Source of the DNA: Candidatus Ozemobacteraceae bacterium
GTDB taxonomy: Bacteria > Muiribacteriota > Ozemobacteria > Ozemobacterales > Ozemobacteraceae
DNA length: 64,000 nucleotides
Direction of reading: 5' to 3'
NCBI GenBank assembly: GCA_965140445.1
Contig: OZ223236.1
Span: 1,504,001-1,568,000, forward strand
The translations under genes and the position numbers were made by a program. Below the pieces are notes generated by a model. The model saw only the letters and a program-made list of their open reading frames with translations. It was not told the origin of the DNA and searched no databases. Positions 41,469-51,191 of this stretch are shown in pieces (positions within the stretch are counted from its first letter, which is position 1; each line of letters opens with the position of its first letter).

Positions 41469-41824
41469 TTATTCTCTCCCAGGATTTCGCTGATTTTGGT
41501 GTAGAAGCTTGTGAATTCATCTGAAAGAACCTGTAATTGCTCAATTCCTTCAGGGGTTATAAAAAAGTATTTTCGTGGTGGTCCCTTTGTTGATTCTTCC
41601 CATCTGTATGATATGGCCTCTTCTTTTTTTAGCCTGGAAAGTATCGGATAAACAGTCCCTTCGGCAATAATGATGCTATGTTCCTTGAGCCTCTCAACAA
41701 TGTTATAGCCATATCCTTCTTGTTGAGAAAGGATTTTGAGAATTGCCAGTTCAAGGACGCCTTTTCTCATTTGCTTAATTTTTTGATCAAGTGAAGCTTT
41801 CTTTTCGTCCATCGGGTTACTCAT
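41465..41824 (-). CDS. PadR-family transcriptional regulator
   Basis: QMRKGVLELAIL, YGY, EGTVYPILSRL, WEES..GPPRKY. Confidence 0.93.
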   Translation of the reverse strand: MSNPMDEKKASLDQKIKQMRKGVLELAILKILSQQEGYGYNIVERLKEHSIIIAEGTVYPILSRLKKEEAISYRWEESTKGPPRKYFFITPEGIEQLQVLSDEFTSFYTKISEILGENK

Positions 41825-41862
41825 TTCGGTAATAATTTAAATTTAGTATTAAGTTTATATAG

Positions 41863-41883
41863 CTACTATGTAATAAAAAGTAG
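41863..41883. promoter_or_regulatory. Putative PadR autoregulatory operator
   Basis: Imperfect palindrome CTACTATGTAATAAAAAGTAG just downstream of a minus-strand TTGACA (41891-41896). Confidence 0.5.
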
Positions 41884-42008
41884 TTGTTTTTGTCAAGTAG
41901 TAAAAATATAAATTGGTTTTCTGAATTTCTGGGTAATACAAAAAGCGTGCTGCTTAGCTAGCTAGCTTAAGAGCACGCTTTTTTGAGATTAGAGCGGGTT
42001 AAGGAGTT

Positions 42009-43112
42009 TTATTTACCAAATAGCATTTCAAACTTTTCTATCAAAGTGTCTCTGTCATTTTCTCTGTCTAAAAGCAGGAAATGAAAATACTTCAGGTGGT
42101 CGTTTATTTTATCTGAAGACATTGGTTTATTGATGGTTTTTGAGCTTTCAGCAATCGATGGCTGATTGCTATTTATTATTAATGCCTGTCGTAGTGCTGT
42201 TTGCATTTGTTCCAGCTTATTTTGCAGGCTATCAAGTCCTGGTGATGAAGTGCTGAAATTTTGGATTTTGGAAACAAGAGTGGAGTAAGGGGAGCTGATA
42301 TCATCTTTTAAACATGCTTTTAATGGTTCTATAAAGAATATAGCCTTCCCTTTGTGTGACTTTTTGGTGGCAAAAAGAAGATTGATTGTTGCCGATCTTG
42401 CAATTTCAGGAAGCTCAAAATCAATGCTTTCTCCACGTTTTAAGAACTTTTTAAAGACTTTGTTTATGGTATTTTCCTTATCTCCATTATTATATTTAAC
42501 TGTTAATGTTTCCAGATATACATCGCGATTTTGTGAAAATAGACCATTTTTGGTTGGAGAGTAGATGTGTATCCTGAAGATTGGCTCTTCAAGGGTTCTT
42601 GTATAGTTTTGGAACTGGCCGATCTCATGTTTTGCCGTTAATTTTTGCTTTTCAACTGTGGCGTATTTTTCTTTTGAGTAACTTGCATATTTGTATCCAT
42701 CTTGTGTTGGAACTCTAAGTTTATGAAGAAGTGAAGAAAGATTTTCCTGAATAGAATCAAGCTTGTATGAATTCACAGAAGGCCATGAAAAGCAGTTTAC
42801 GATTAAGGTTCTTTCTTTATCACTGGTTATGTACGGTTTTAAAACATCTAAAAGAGAAGCTTTCGGAGAATTAGAGTCGGTAAGCTTATAAATTAGAGTT
42901 GGATTTTTTGAGACAAAGTCTTTTCCGGCATGTTTTTCAAGGAAGTCTGTGAGTAAAATTCGCCGTTTATATTTCAAGTCTTTTAGTTCAATTTGTAAAT
43001 CGCTGCAACTTTCTGAAACCTGGGTAATTTCTGGAACCATATTCTCCGCTGAGCAGATTGGGCTCCATAACGTTGTTATCACAAGAAATAAGGCAAAAAT
43101 AAGCTTTTTCAT
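42009..43112 (-). CDS. Secreted hypothetical protein
   Basis: MKKLIFALFLV signal peptide after GGAG; terminator at 41940-41984. Confidence 0.65.
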   Translation of the reverse strand: MKKLIFALFLVITTLWSPICSAENMVPEITQVSESCSDLQIELKDLKYKRRILLTDFLEKHAGKDFVSKNPTLIYKLTDSNSPKASLLDVLKPYITSDKERTLIVNCFSWPSVNSYKLDSIQENLSSLLHKLRVPTQDGYKYASYSKEKYATVEKQKLTAKHEIGQFQNYTRTLEEPIFRIHIYSPTKNGLFSQNRDVYLETLTVKYNNGDKENTINKVFKKFLKRGESIDFELPEIARSATINLLFATKKSHKGKAIFFIEPLKACLKDDISSPYSTLVSKIQNFSTSSPGLDSLQNKLEQMQTALRQALIINSNQPSIAESSKTINKPMSSDKINDHLKYFHFLLLDRENDRDTLIEKFEMLFGK

Positions 43113-43256
43113 TAGGTCTCCGCTAAATAAAATCAGTGTTTGAGAGAGTCTAATTGAAAATAGCTCAGTTATCAAATTTCAAGCATTAAACTAAAAAAGA
43201 AAACAGTCTTCAACTGCTGATTTGCAGATGAAGACTGTTTTGTATCAGTTCTATGG

Positions 43257-45884
43257 CTATTTTTTTATTTTTTCGCCAAAGTTTTCCAGGAAGATCATTG
43301 CTGCTTTTCCAAGCTTGTTTCCCTTTTCAGATGCCTGCTTTAATAAAGCTTTGGTTATATTTAAAAGAGTCTTTTTCTGGTCACTAAAGTCGATCTGGAA
43401 AACCGCGTCAACCTTTTTGCCGTTTATTATGGCTTTGGCATAGAATTTGGGGGATTTGTCTTTTTTCGCATCCTTTAATGATGCCCTATAGCCAATCTCT
43501 TCTATTTTAAATTTCTTTCCGAAGTTTTTAACATCTTTGGCAAAATCTGAAGTTTTTTTGGCAACTTCCTGGAGATTGTCATATTTTTCTGATGTAGCTT
43601 TCAATGTGTTTTGAGCAGCTTCAAGGGCTTTTTTTGCAACGTCTTTGAGTGATTTTGCAGCTTTATCAAGGTTCTTTTCAGACATCAGCTTTTCGAGTTG
43701 TTCGATTGCGAATTTTTTTGATGCTTTTAAGCTTTTAAGATAAGTAATTTGTGTGTTAAGAGAGGCTTTCTTTGTCATCTGGTGCCACTTTAGTTTGTCT
43801 TTAGCTTTTTCTTTGGCCTTAATTTTTTTATTGTAGGTTTTAATTTTATCTTTGGCTCTGGAGATTTTATCTGAGATTTTCTTAACCTGCTTTTTGAACT
43901 CATCTATCCCTTTGTTGGCTTCTTCTTCAGCTTCTTTTAAATCTGCTCTGGCTTCTTTGAGGTCATCACCAACTTCATTTATGGCCTCGTCGAGATTTGC
44001 GACAGCATCTTCAAACAACTCTGTGGCAAACTTTACCGCATCGTCAGAAAAGTTCTCCGACATTTTTATGTGAAGATCGAATTCCGGCTTTTTAAAGTTT
44101 GCTGCTCCTTTTAGTTTGAAAGTTGCTTTATAGATGTCAAAGTAGGTTGTCTTGTAAAGGCCATCAAATGTGGTTGGAGTTATTGAAAGCTGCAATTCTT
44201 CGGCTCTATTAGTGAACTGGGGAAGAAATTCCATTTTGCCTGTGAAGGTAAGATGGCTATTTACAAGTCCCATGTACATATCCATAAAAACACCATCATC
44301 TTTGGTTCCTTTTTTCCCGTCAGGACCATAGCCCGTAATTGTAAGGATTGGGCCAGCTTTAATCTCTTTAATCCAGCATTGTGCCATGAAGCCAGTTATT
44401 GGAATCAGCTCTTTTTGTTTTGGATGAGTTGTTCTAACCTTTGCAAATCCCAAAAGAGTTTTTCCATAGAATAGTCGACCAGCAAAAGTGAGTCCTGCGT
44501 TTATAGCCAGGTCTCTATCGTCTTTTGCCGCAACTGAAAAAACAACATCTTCCAGGTGAAGTTTTTCAACTGGTATGTTTACTGATTTAGCTTTATCACC
44601 AGTGCATTTTAAAAGTAGGTCCAGAAGGTTTCCAAAGGGAATCTTACTGGCTTTACCCATCATTGCTGTTTCTATGATGTTGTATTTCGTTGGGATTTTG
44701 CCTGCAATTGCAAGCTTTATATCACCAATGTCAACACGTCCACCAAGACCAATAACGAGGTCACCCGCCTTAAGTGGAACCTCACCTTTTAAAACCAGAT
44801 CATAAATGTCGAAATTTTTAATATTGAAAGCGTTTTGCCATAAGCCACGAAGGCTTGCTAATAAAACAGCACTGCCTTTGTTTGGTTCTTTCATCTCTCC
44901 ACTTTTAAAAGCTTCTGCCGCAGTGGCAGCCGCTGCAGCAAGAACCTCTGCTTCCGGGGTTCCTGCTGGTTTTGAAGAAGGAACGCCTTTTAGGATCGGT
45001 AAGCTTACCTGGCAAATGCCCTGCATAGAATCTTTATTCGGTGGTAAATCCAGGTTTAGCTCCATTCCAAGTCCAATTTCTGATACACCGACAAAGAAAT
45101 ATGGAACTGCGGATTTGAATGATTTTGGCATAAAACTTGGTTTGAAACCATCACCAAGTGCTACTTTTACAAAAATCTGGGTGTAATCCGGGCACAGGAA
45201 AACGGTAGAAACCAGATCTAATTTATCCAGCTTCACTTTTTTTGCAAACTCTCTTACAGCTTTGGTTTTGGAGCCTTTTGGCTGTAGATTTAATGTGGTG
45301 GTAAGGGTAAAGCCATCTTGAAGACTCAGAACGAAGTCTTTTCCCAATACTCTCTGGAAAAACTTAGCGGCTTCTTTAGGCATCATATCAGCAGTAAGAG
45401 TCTGGGTTGAATTGCTGTGTGTAAAAATGGATTTCCCCGAAAGGAGTTCTTGAAGAATGCCTTTATCCATTTTTTTGTAAAAATCGCCAATTCCAGATGC
45501 GTCGAAGTAAACTGAGATAGTTCCGAAAATACTTTTTTGGTCTCTAACATTTGCCACGTCAGGTAAAATGGAAATTAAAATGTCTCCATCTTTGCCTTTG
45601 AGTTGTTCGAATTCAATTGGAAGCTTTCCGCGACCGGTAATGAAAATCAGGTCCTTGTTTTTTGGGGAAACAAGATACTCAGCCTCTTTTACAACTATTT
45701 GCCCTGCTGGTGCAACTTTAAACAGGTCAAAGTCAGCCAGTTTAATTTCGCCTTTATCTTTAATTGTGTTCTGAATATCCTTTTTCAGTTGCTGATAATC
45801 AAATGCGAAAACTGCATTTGGCAGCGCCAAGGCAAAACATAAAAAAGCCGTCGCAAAAAAATTGGTAAAAGAAAATCGCTTCAT
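43257..45884 (-). CDS. Large secreted hypothetical protein (beta-rich body, long Lys-rich coiled coil)
   Basis: Signal peptide ending VFA; ~570 aa of alternating beta-like sequence; heptad-rich region near the C-terminus; terminator at 43200-43241. Confidence 0.75.
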   Translation of the reverse strand: MKRFSFTNFFATAFLCFALALPNAVFAFDYQQLKKDIQNTIKDKGEIKLADFDLFKVAPAGQIVVKEAEYLVSPKNKDLIFITGRGKLPIEFEQLKGKDGDILISILPDVANVRDQKSIFGTISVYFDASGIGDFYKKMDKGILQELLSGKSIFTHSNSTQTLTADMMPKEAAKFFQRVLGKDFVLSLQDGFTLTTTLNLQPKGSKTKAVREFAKKVKLDKLDLVSTVFLCPDYTQIFVKVALGDGFKPSFMPKSFKSAVPYFFVGVSEIGLGMELNLDLPPNKDSMQGICQVSLPILKGVPSSKPAGTPEAEVLAAAAATAAEAFKSGEMKEPNKGSAVLLASLRGLWQNAFNIKNFDIYDLVLKGEVPLKAGDLVIGLGGRVDIGDIKLAIAGKIPTKYNIIETAMMGKASKIPFGNLLDLLLKCTGDKAKSVNIPVEKLHLEDVVFSVAAKDDRDLAINAGLTFAGRLFYGKTLLGFAKVRTTHPKQKELIPITGFMAQCWIKEIKAGPILTITGYGPDGKKGTKDDGVFMDMYMGLVNSHLTFTGKMEFLPQFTNRAEELQLSITPTTFDGLYKTTYFDIYKATFKLKGAANFKKPEFDLHIKMSENFSDDAVKFATELFEDAVANLDEAINEVGDDLKEARADLKEAEEEANKGIDEFKKQVKKISDKISRAKDKIKTYNKKIKAKEKAKDKLKWHQMTKKASLNTQITYLKSLKASKKFAIEQLEKLMSEKNLDKAAKSLKDVAKKALEAAQNTLKATSEKYDNLQEVAKKTSDFAKDVKNFGKKFKIEEIGYRASLKDAKKDKSPKFYAKAIINGKKVDAVFQIDFSDQKKTLLNITKALLKQASEKGNKLGKAAMIFLENFGEKIKK

Positions 45885-46078
45885 TGTTCCTCCAAAAATT
45901 CTACAGAAAATCTCTCAAACAATTTGGAGTAGTGTGTGTAAGTTGCTGATTAAGTGACCCTCAAAAGGTTAAAAAAAGCTTTCTGTAATTTATGGGTAAA
46001 TGATAAATCGGTATTACTTTTTATGTCAACTTTTGATTGGACCGATTTATGTCTCTTAAGACGATTTGGAGACGCTTT

Positions 46079-46924
46079 TTATTTCTTTTGGTCAAGCATT
46101 TTGCACAGGCGCTGGCGAAAATCTCCTGGAGGCAAGTCCAGTTTTTCATCTGACAAAACCGCTGAAATACAGCCTTGATATCTTGGAACAATTGCACCTT
46201 CCTCTATTGATTGCCAATAAATTTCAGGATTCTCTGATATTATTCCTGTTAGCGCGTTTATTCCTGCATCTAGCAACATTCTATGCATTGGCACTGTTGG
46301 CCCCAGCATCATTTTCCATGCTTGCGGTGCTGCCTTTAAAATTCCTGGAAGAGTGTCATTGAGTAGAGTCACGCCAGTAATAATTGCCACGTCGCATTCT
46401 CCGAGCCATGCAAATCCAGCTTCTTCGCTGAGGTCATCTTCTACCGGCCTTTTTTCTATAATATGAAATTCTCCAGCCCATTTTTTTATTTCCGGAGCAA
46501 ATGGAAAATGACCAATCATTGCAACTTTTGCTCCAGCAAATCTTTTGCTCATATAAGCGAGTATGTCTCCATACTGCCATAATGAACTTCTGGTATTTAT
46601 CATTGAGTTTAACGCAGCCATTCCAACGCTGCGTTCGAGAGGGGCCTCTGACTTAAGTCTTTGAACAATTGCCTTTACTGAAGCTCCCCTGATTTTACCT
46701 GCATCTTCGATTTCACAACAAAGATGGGCGGCAGCTTCCATTTCCCGCCAGGTATAAGCACACCCGACACTGTTCGAATGCAGAGCTACCATATAAACTC
46801 CCGCCATTAAACGTTTTACTTCAGTATCAGGTAAATCGTTTGCTATGGCAGCAAGGCTGGCTCGAAATTCTTTTCCACTTTTAAATTGAATGTTTTTTTT
46901 TAAGCGATTGCTATCTGCTACCAT
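46079..46924 (-). CDS. DUF364 / Rossmann-like putative heavy-metal chelation protein
   Basis: ERSVGMAALNS, KVAMIGHFPF, CDVAIITGVTLLNDT, LGPTVP. Confidence 0.8.
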   Translation of the reverse strand: MVADSNRLKKNIQFKSGKEFRASLAAIANDLPDTEVKRLMAGVYMVALHSNSVGCAYTWREMEAAAHLCCEIEDAGKIRGASVKAIVQRLKSEAPLERSVGMAALNSMINTRSSLWQYGDILAYMSKRFAGAKVAMIGHFPFAPEIKKWAGEFHIIEKRPVEDDLSEEAGFAWLGECDVAIITGVTLLNDTLPGILKAAPQAWKMMLGPTVPMHRMLLDAGINALTGIISENPEIYWQSIEEGAIVPRYQGCISAVLSDEKLDLPPGDFRQRLCKMLDQKK

Positions 46925-47208
46925 GATAAAAAATTTCCTTTGGATGCAGCATCTTTGTCTGTTTCAATTTCTCTTTTTTTTATTTCGGCTGTCAAAACAC
47001 TTGGCTTGTATGCGCTTCCAAGTAATTTTTTAGTTATTACTGGTAACACTATTGTTGTGAATAATCCTAAGATTGGCTTCCAATAAGAAAAAATAAATCT
47101 AAGTACTATTACAGATAAATCATCTTTTGCGATTCCTGAGCAGGGACCTTTCCCCCGACCGCTTCCAGCACCCTGACCAAATGGGCCAGTTCCATCAATA
47201 CGTGGCAT
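46918..47208 (-). CDS. DUF5320-like small protein with a TM helix
   Basis: MPRIDGTGPFGQGAGSGRGKGPC N-terminus. Confidence 0.65.
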   Translation of the reverse strand: MPRIDGTGPFGQGAGSGRGKGPCSGIAKDDLSVIVLRFIFSYWKPILGLFTTIVLPVITKKLLGSAYKPSVLTAEIKKREIETDKDAASKGNFLSW

Positions 47209-47636
47209 AAAATTCCCTCTGCTTTAGAATTTGAGCTAAATAGCCTTGAAGTATTATAAAGAAACACTAAAAATAAATCAATTATTATTTCTGGCATATG
47301 CTTATAACTAAGATTTGGAATTGCCATATTTGACGCTTTTGGATACAACCGCTATTTACATTGGTAGATAGTTAGTTCTGATCTGAAATTAAGTGAAGGG
47401 ACCATAAAGACTTGTAAATAAAATATCAATGATCTTGCTATCTTCAGTGAAATTGGCTCACAATTTTCTTTGTTTTCAATCTAGATTGAACCGAATTTAG
47501 GAATTATTACAACGTTCGTTGGAAAATAGTCGAAAATAAGCGCATTTCTCTTATAGATTTAGGAAAATTACCATGATCGTGGTAAAAAAACTGTAAATAA
47601 ATGTTGAGTTTGCCACTGCTTGAAAATTACCTAAAA

Positions 47637-47667
47637 CAAAAAAACCGCCTTATCAGCGGTTTTTTTG
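47637..47667 (-). terminator. tRNA-Gln terminator
   Basis: AAAAAAACCGC-CTTATCA-GCGGTTTTTTT. Confidence 0.8.
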
Positions 47668-47675
47668 TGCTTCGG

Positions 47676-47746
47676 CTGGGGCGCAGGGACTCGAACCCCA
47701 ATAGGCAATTCCAGAGACTGCAGTCCTACCATTAGACGACGCCCCA
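47676..47746 (-). tRNA. tRNA-Gln (anticodon CTG); CCA not encoded (CCG follows)
   Basis: Acceptor TGGGGCG/CGCCCCA, anticodon arm GCAGT-CTCTGGA-ATTGC, T-loop GGTTCGAGTCC; upstream TTGACT-17-TATTTT. Confidence 0.95.
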
Positions 47747-47872
47747 AAGCGTGTGAAATTAAAATACAATTATTTTTTTATTAAGTCAATAGAAAATTTG
47801 GAAAAAATTATGGCTTATAGGTGGTGATAGTTGGGGTTGCAGTTGAAGCGAGAAAGAGAAAGGGCAGGGGGC

Positions 47873-49072
47873 TTAGCTTTTTTTCGTGCTTCTGCCGAGT
47901 CCGATCTGGTTTTCCCACCAGCCATCAAGGTGACCACCGGCAGCCAACTTGCGTAATCTGGCGTGTATTTCTGGTTCGATTGGGCTTTGGTCGAAGTCTT
48001 GCCATGCGGTTCCCGGGATGGACATGAAAGCGTGCATGTGAATTTTCATTCCATATTTTTTTACCATGCTTTCCATGAAATTGAGTAGCTCTATACGATC
48101 TTCGGGAGTTTCGCCGGGGTTTCCGATGATGAAATCCACGTGGGGTTTGTAGCCATATTCACTTATGAGGGAAATGGCATTTATGGCTTGCTTTACGTCG
48201 TGGCCGCGGTTCATTTTTTTCAGCATGGCATCGCTTCCGGATTGGACGCCCATAACAATGGTTTTGTTAACGGCAAATTGGGAGACAATATCCATTACTT
48301 CACGGGTGACGAAGTCGGGGCGAACCTCTCCCGGGAAGCTGCCGAATTGGATTTCGGGGACGCCAAAGTCCTTTACGGCTTGAAGGAGGTTCTTTAGTGC
48401 TTTGAGATTGGGTTCTCGGCCATAGGCTCCATAGCCAAAGGCGTTGGGAGCAAGAAATTTGATACGTTTGCGCTTGGTCTTGATGCTGTAATAGCCTTCG
48501 AGAATCTTTAAAATAGCATCAATGCTTCTATGCTGTAGACGGCCTTTGCAAAGACGCGGAACGGCGCAATACATGCAGCCAAAGTTGCATCCACGGGTTA
48601 TTTCGATGGGTGGAATATAATCTATGGATTTATGATATCCAGGAAAATCATTTAAAATTATCTCGTCATCTGACTGATAGATAATGCCTTTTTTCAGTTT
48701 GTTATCCAGCCAGCTGGCTAAAATTTTGGGGAAGTCCACTTCGCCATGGCCGGAAAAAACATAGTCGAAACCCATTTCAGCAGTATTTTGTGGCGAAGCT
48801 GTGGCCTGTGGTCCTCCTGCCATAAACTCAATGTTCAGGTCCAATGCTCTGAGTTCCTGTATCTCTTCAGTGATTTGAGGAATGTGCATGAGCATAAACG
48901 AATGTATGTATAGAACCTTGCTGCTTAGCTGGTCTGTTGGCAGAGGATCGGTGCTGACCCAGAAAATTATGTCCAGTTGATCGAGAATCTTTTCTGGCGT
49001 TGCTCCAAGAAGAGCTCCCATGCTTACTTTATTGTAGTTTTGAATTCGTATAAGTAGTGTTGGCTTGTTCAT
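47873..49072 (-). CDS. B12-binding-domain radical SAM protein (TIGR04013-like)
   Basis: AGGPQAT, GHGE, IEITRGCNFGCMYC, FLAPNAFGYG, FGSFPGEVRPD, GVQSGS. Confidence 0.88.
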   Translation of the reverse strand: MNKPTLLIRIQNYNKVSMGALLGATPEKILDQLDIIFWVSTDPLPTDQLSSKVLYIHSFMLMHIPQITEEIQELRALDLNIEFMAGGPQATASPQNTAEMGFDYVFSGHGEVDFPKILASWLDNKLKKGIIYQSDDEIILNDFPGYHKSIDYIPPIEITRGCNFGCMYCAVPRLCKGRLQHRSIDAILKILEGYYSIKTKRKRIKFLAPNAFGYGAYGREPNLKALKNLLQAVKDFGVPEIQFGSFPGEVRPDFVTREVMDIVSQFAVNKTIVMGVQSGSDAMLKKMNRGHDVKQAINAISLISEYGYKPHVDFIIGNPGETPEDRIELLNFMESMVKKYGMKIHMHAFMSIPGTAWQDFDQSPIEPEIHARLRKLAAGGHLDGWWENQIGLGRSTKKS

Positions 49073-49172
49073 AGTTAATTAATTGGCAATTGAATGCTGG
49101 TATTTTAGCACTTTGTATTCCCAACAGAAAGAAAAAACTCTCAGGTAGATGGGTTTCCCATGCCTTCGCGTT

Positions 49173-49188
49173 TGGTACAGGAATTGCT
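49173..49188 (+). promoter_or_regulatory. Sigma-54 (-24/-12) promoter
   Basis: TGGTAC-AGGAA-TTGCT, exact GG-N10-GC spacing, 38 nt upstream of ATG 49226. Confidence 0.65.
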
Positions 49189-49225
49189 TAAATTAGTTGC
49201 GAAAAGAGTTTAACGCGAGGCAGAC

Positions 49226-49765
49226 ATGAAAAATCTTAAGACAATCTACGTTCTTTGCCTTTTTTTCGCCATGTTGGTTTCAACGGCGAATTGCTCTGTT
49301 ATTGATGAATTGATCCAGATCTCACATGAAGGATGCCAGCTTCAGCAAAAGTCCATGGAGGAAGCTGTTCCCAAAGAGTGTAAATTATTTGCCAGAGAAA
49401 CATCCCTTATAAGTAAGCTTTTTGATTCAAATAAAGAATTGGAGAAGGTTGAAAGTAAGGTTGAAAAGTTAGGCTCAGCTGTTTTTGAACGTTTGATTAA
49501 TAGGGCCAGATTTGAGGCTAATCATGGTAAAAAGGAACTGGCCGGATATGTAGAACTATGGGAAAAAGCTCGTGACAAAGTTTCCCAAAATTCAGTTAAA
49601 CCAGAAAAGATTGGGCGCGTTTATGGCGTAGAATTAAACCTTAGTGATGGTGAATGGAATTTTACCGCCGATGGAAAGAGGTTTTGGGCCAGCAATCAAT
49701 TTCCCGATATTATATTGACTCCTACCGAGTATAGAAGCGTAATGCAGACAGTCTCTAAAGAGTAA
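49226..49765 (+). CDS. Secreted hypothetical protein
   Basis: Signal peptide; bidirectional terminator at 49768-49805. Confidence 0.65.
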   Translation: MKNLKTIYVLCLFFAMLVSTANCSVIDELIQISHEGCQLQQKSMEEAVPKECKLFARETSLISKLFDSNKELEKVESKVEKLGSAVFERLINRARFEANHGKKELAGYVELWEKARDKVSQNSVKPEKIGRVYGVELNLSDGEWNFTADGKRFWASNQFPDIILTPTEYRSVMQTVSKE

Positions 49766-49803
49766 TTAAAAAAAAGCCTGAGCACAAAAGCTCAGGCTTT
49801 TTT

Positions 49804-50661
49804 TTATTTCCAATCCCTGTATGGGATCTGTGAACTTTTCACTCGCACACCGTGCAATTTTTGTGAAGTCAGGAAAATTTCCAGGCTGTTTAAAGCTAAT
49901 TCCATGTGGGGCGAAGGGCCAACAACAATTTTTTTGATACTTTGGCCCGATTCTTTATCTTCAATTGGAAAGTTATAATAGGGCATAAGTGCATATTGAC
50001 CAGGTCGAAAGGCAAAGCGGTCAGATTTTGGCGAAATAGTCGAAGAAACCAGGCGCCATTCTTTTTCTTCTGAGAAGCTGGCGTCTTTTAATACTGGTGC
50101 CAGCTGACAAACCGCCAGGTCTACTTTTTCAAAAAGAACTTTGTCTTCAACAGAGTTGTCTGAGAATTCCTGACACCATGAATCTATAAGATATTCTACG
50201 AGCTCACTCTGCACAGCTGTGGAATATACGCAAGGCCAGAGCACAAAGTTTTCTTTTTTTGCTATCTTGGTTAGTTTATCTCTGTCAAAGCCTATAGCAT
50301 AGCCTTTTCCATGGGCTCCATAGCCACGCCATTGACTTAATAGATCCCCTGCTTCGCAGAAAGAGGCGATACAGATGTGACTTTGATCAATCAGAGGGAG
50401 GTAGGAGGTTATTCTTTTAAGTAGTGCTCTAAGCTCTGGTGTCTGCGCTTTTCCAATCTGGCGATCCAGATGGAGCCGCAATAGCTGGAAAGTCAGGAAA
50501 ATCTCATTCTTGTCATTCATGAAAAGAACCTGAGTTGCCCACATCTGGCGCATTTCCATGATCCCAAGAATTCCTTTTTGGGTGGTGTAATGAAAAATAG
50601 TTTCTGGTGGTTTTTCTGGAAACACTTTTTTATATAAATACTTTTCAAATTTATCTGACAT
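49804..50661 (-). CDS. DUF2971-family protein
   Basis: FHYTT, MNDKNE, ASFCEAGDLLSQWRGYG, GYAIGFD, KDASFSEEKEWRL, VVGP, SQIPYR. Confidence 0.85.
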   Translation of the reverse strand: MSDKFEKYLYKKVFPEKPPETIFHYTTQKGILGIMEMRQMWATQVLFMNDKNEIFLTFQLLRLHLDRQIGKAQTPELRALLKRITSYLPLIDQSHICIASFCEAGDLLSQWRGYGAHGKGYAIGFDRDKLTKIAKKENFVLWPCVYSTAVQSELVEYLIDSWCQEFSDNSVEDKVLFEKVDLAVCQLAPVLKDASFSEEKEWRLVSSTISPKSDRFAFRPGQYALMPYYNFPIEDKESGQSIKKIVVGPSPHMELALNSLEIFLTSQKLHGVRVKSSQIPYRDWK

Positions 50662-50767
50662 TTTGGCTCCAGTATTGTTGTTTCAATTAGTTTAATCAGC
50701 TCTATTTTAGCGTTCAATCTTAAAAATGCAAATTTTGAAAAAAAATAAAAAAAAGTTAAAAATATAC

Positions 50768-50796
50768 TTGACTCGTAAGCTGACATGATATATACT
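50768..50796 (+). promoter_or_regulatory. Sigma70 promoter of tRNA-Leu
   Basis: TTGACT-17-TATACT with an A-rich upstream element. Confidence 0.8.
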
Positions 50797-50811
50797 CATT
50801 TCTACCAAATC

Positions 50812-50893
50812 GCCGGGATGGTGGAATTGGTAGACACGCACGTTTGAGGGGCGTGTGGCGCGAGTCATGCGGGTTCAAGTCCCGCTCCCGGCA
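50812..50893 (+). tRNA. tRNA-Leu (anticodon GAG); CCA not encoded (CCG follows)
   Basis: Acceptor GCCGGGA/TCCCGGC, anticodon arm CACGT-TTGAGGG-GCGTG, long variable arm, GGTTCAAGTCC. Confidence 0.96.
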
Positions 50894-50895
50894 CC

Positions 50896-50930
50896 GAAAA
50901 GGCTTCTGAAGCAATTCAGAGGCCTTTTTC
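50896..50930 (+). terminator. tRNA-Leu terminator
   Basis: AAAAGGCTTCTGAA-GCAA-TTCAGAGGCCTTTTT. Confidence 0.8.
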
Positions 50931-51191
50931 GATTTTAGGCAGAATTGAAGTGATCAAATTAAGCATTTATGGCCAATGAAAACCCTATGTCAGGCGACTC
51001 TGGGAAATAGGAAAATTTGAACCGAGAAAGCTTTCTGGGTATTGCTTTGTTTGCTGATTTTGGGTGGGATTGTTTCGCAACTTGTAGCTATTTAAAAAAC
51101 TTCATGTGGCGAATTCTTAATTGTCTTGGCGATAACATGGAAAATGTAGCAGCTGGTATTGAGATTTCAATACCAGCTGTTGATTATTAAA

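Noticed and set aside
39372..41824. padR plus PspC/DUF4097 as a novel system
   Set aside because: Already a described envelope-stress arrangement
47210..47636. Riboswitch or pseudogene in the ~430-bp gap
   Set aside because: AT-rich, with no recognisable aptamer core or coding remnant
51017..51190. 57-aa TTG-start ORF after tRNA-Leu
   Set aside because: Weak start, no motif, and it runs through a hairpin
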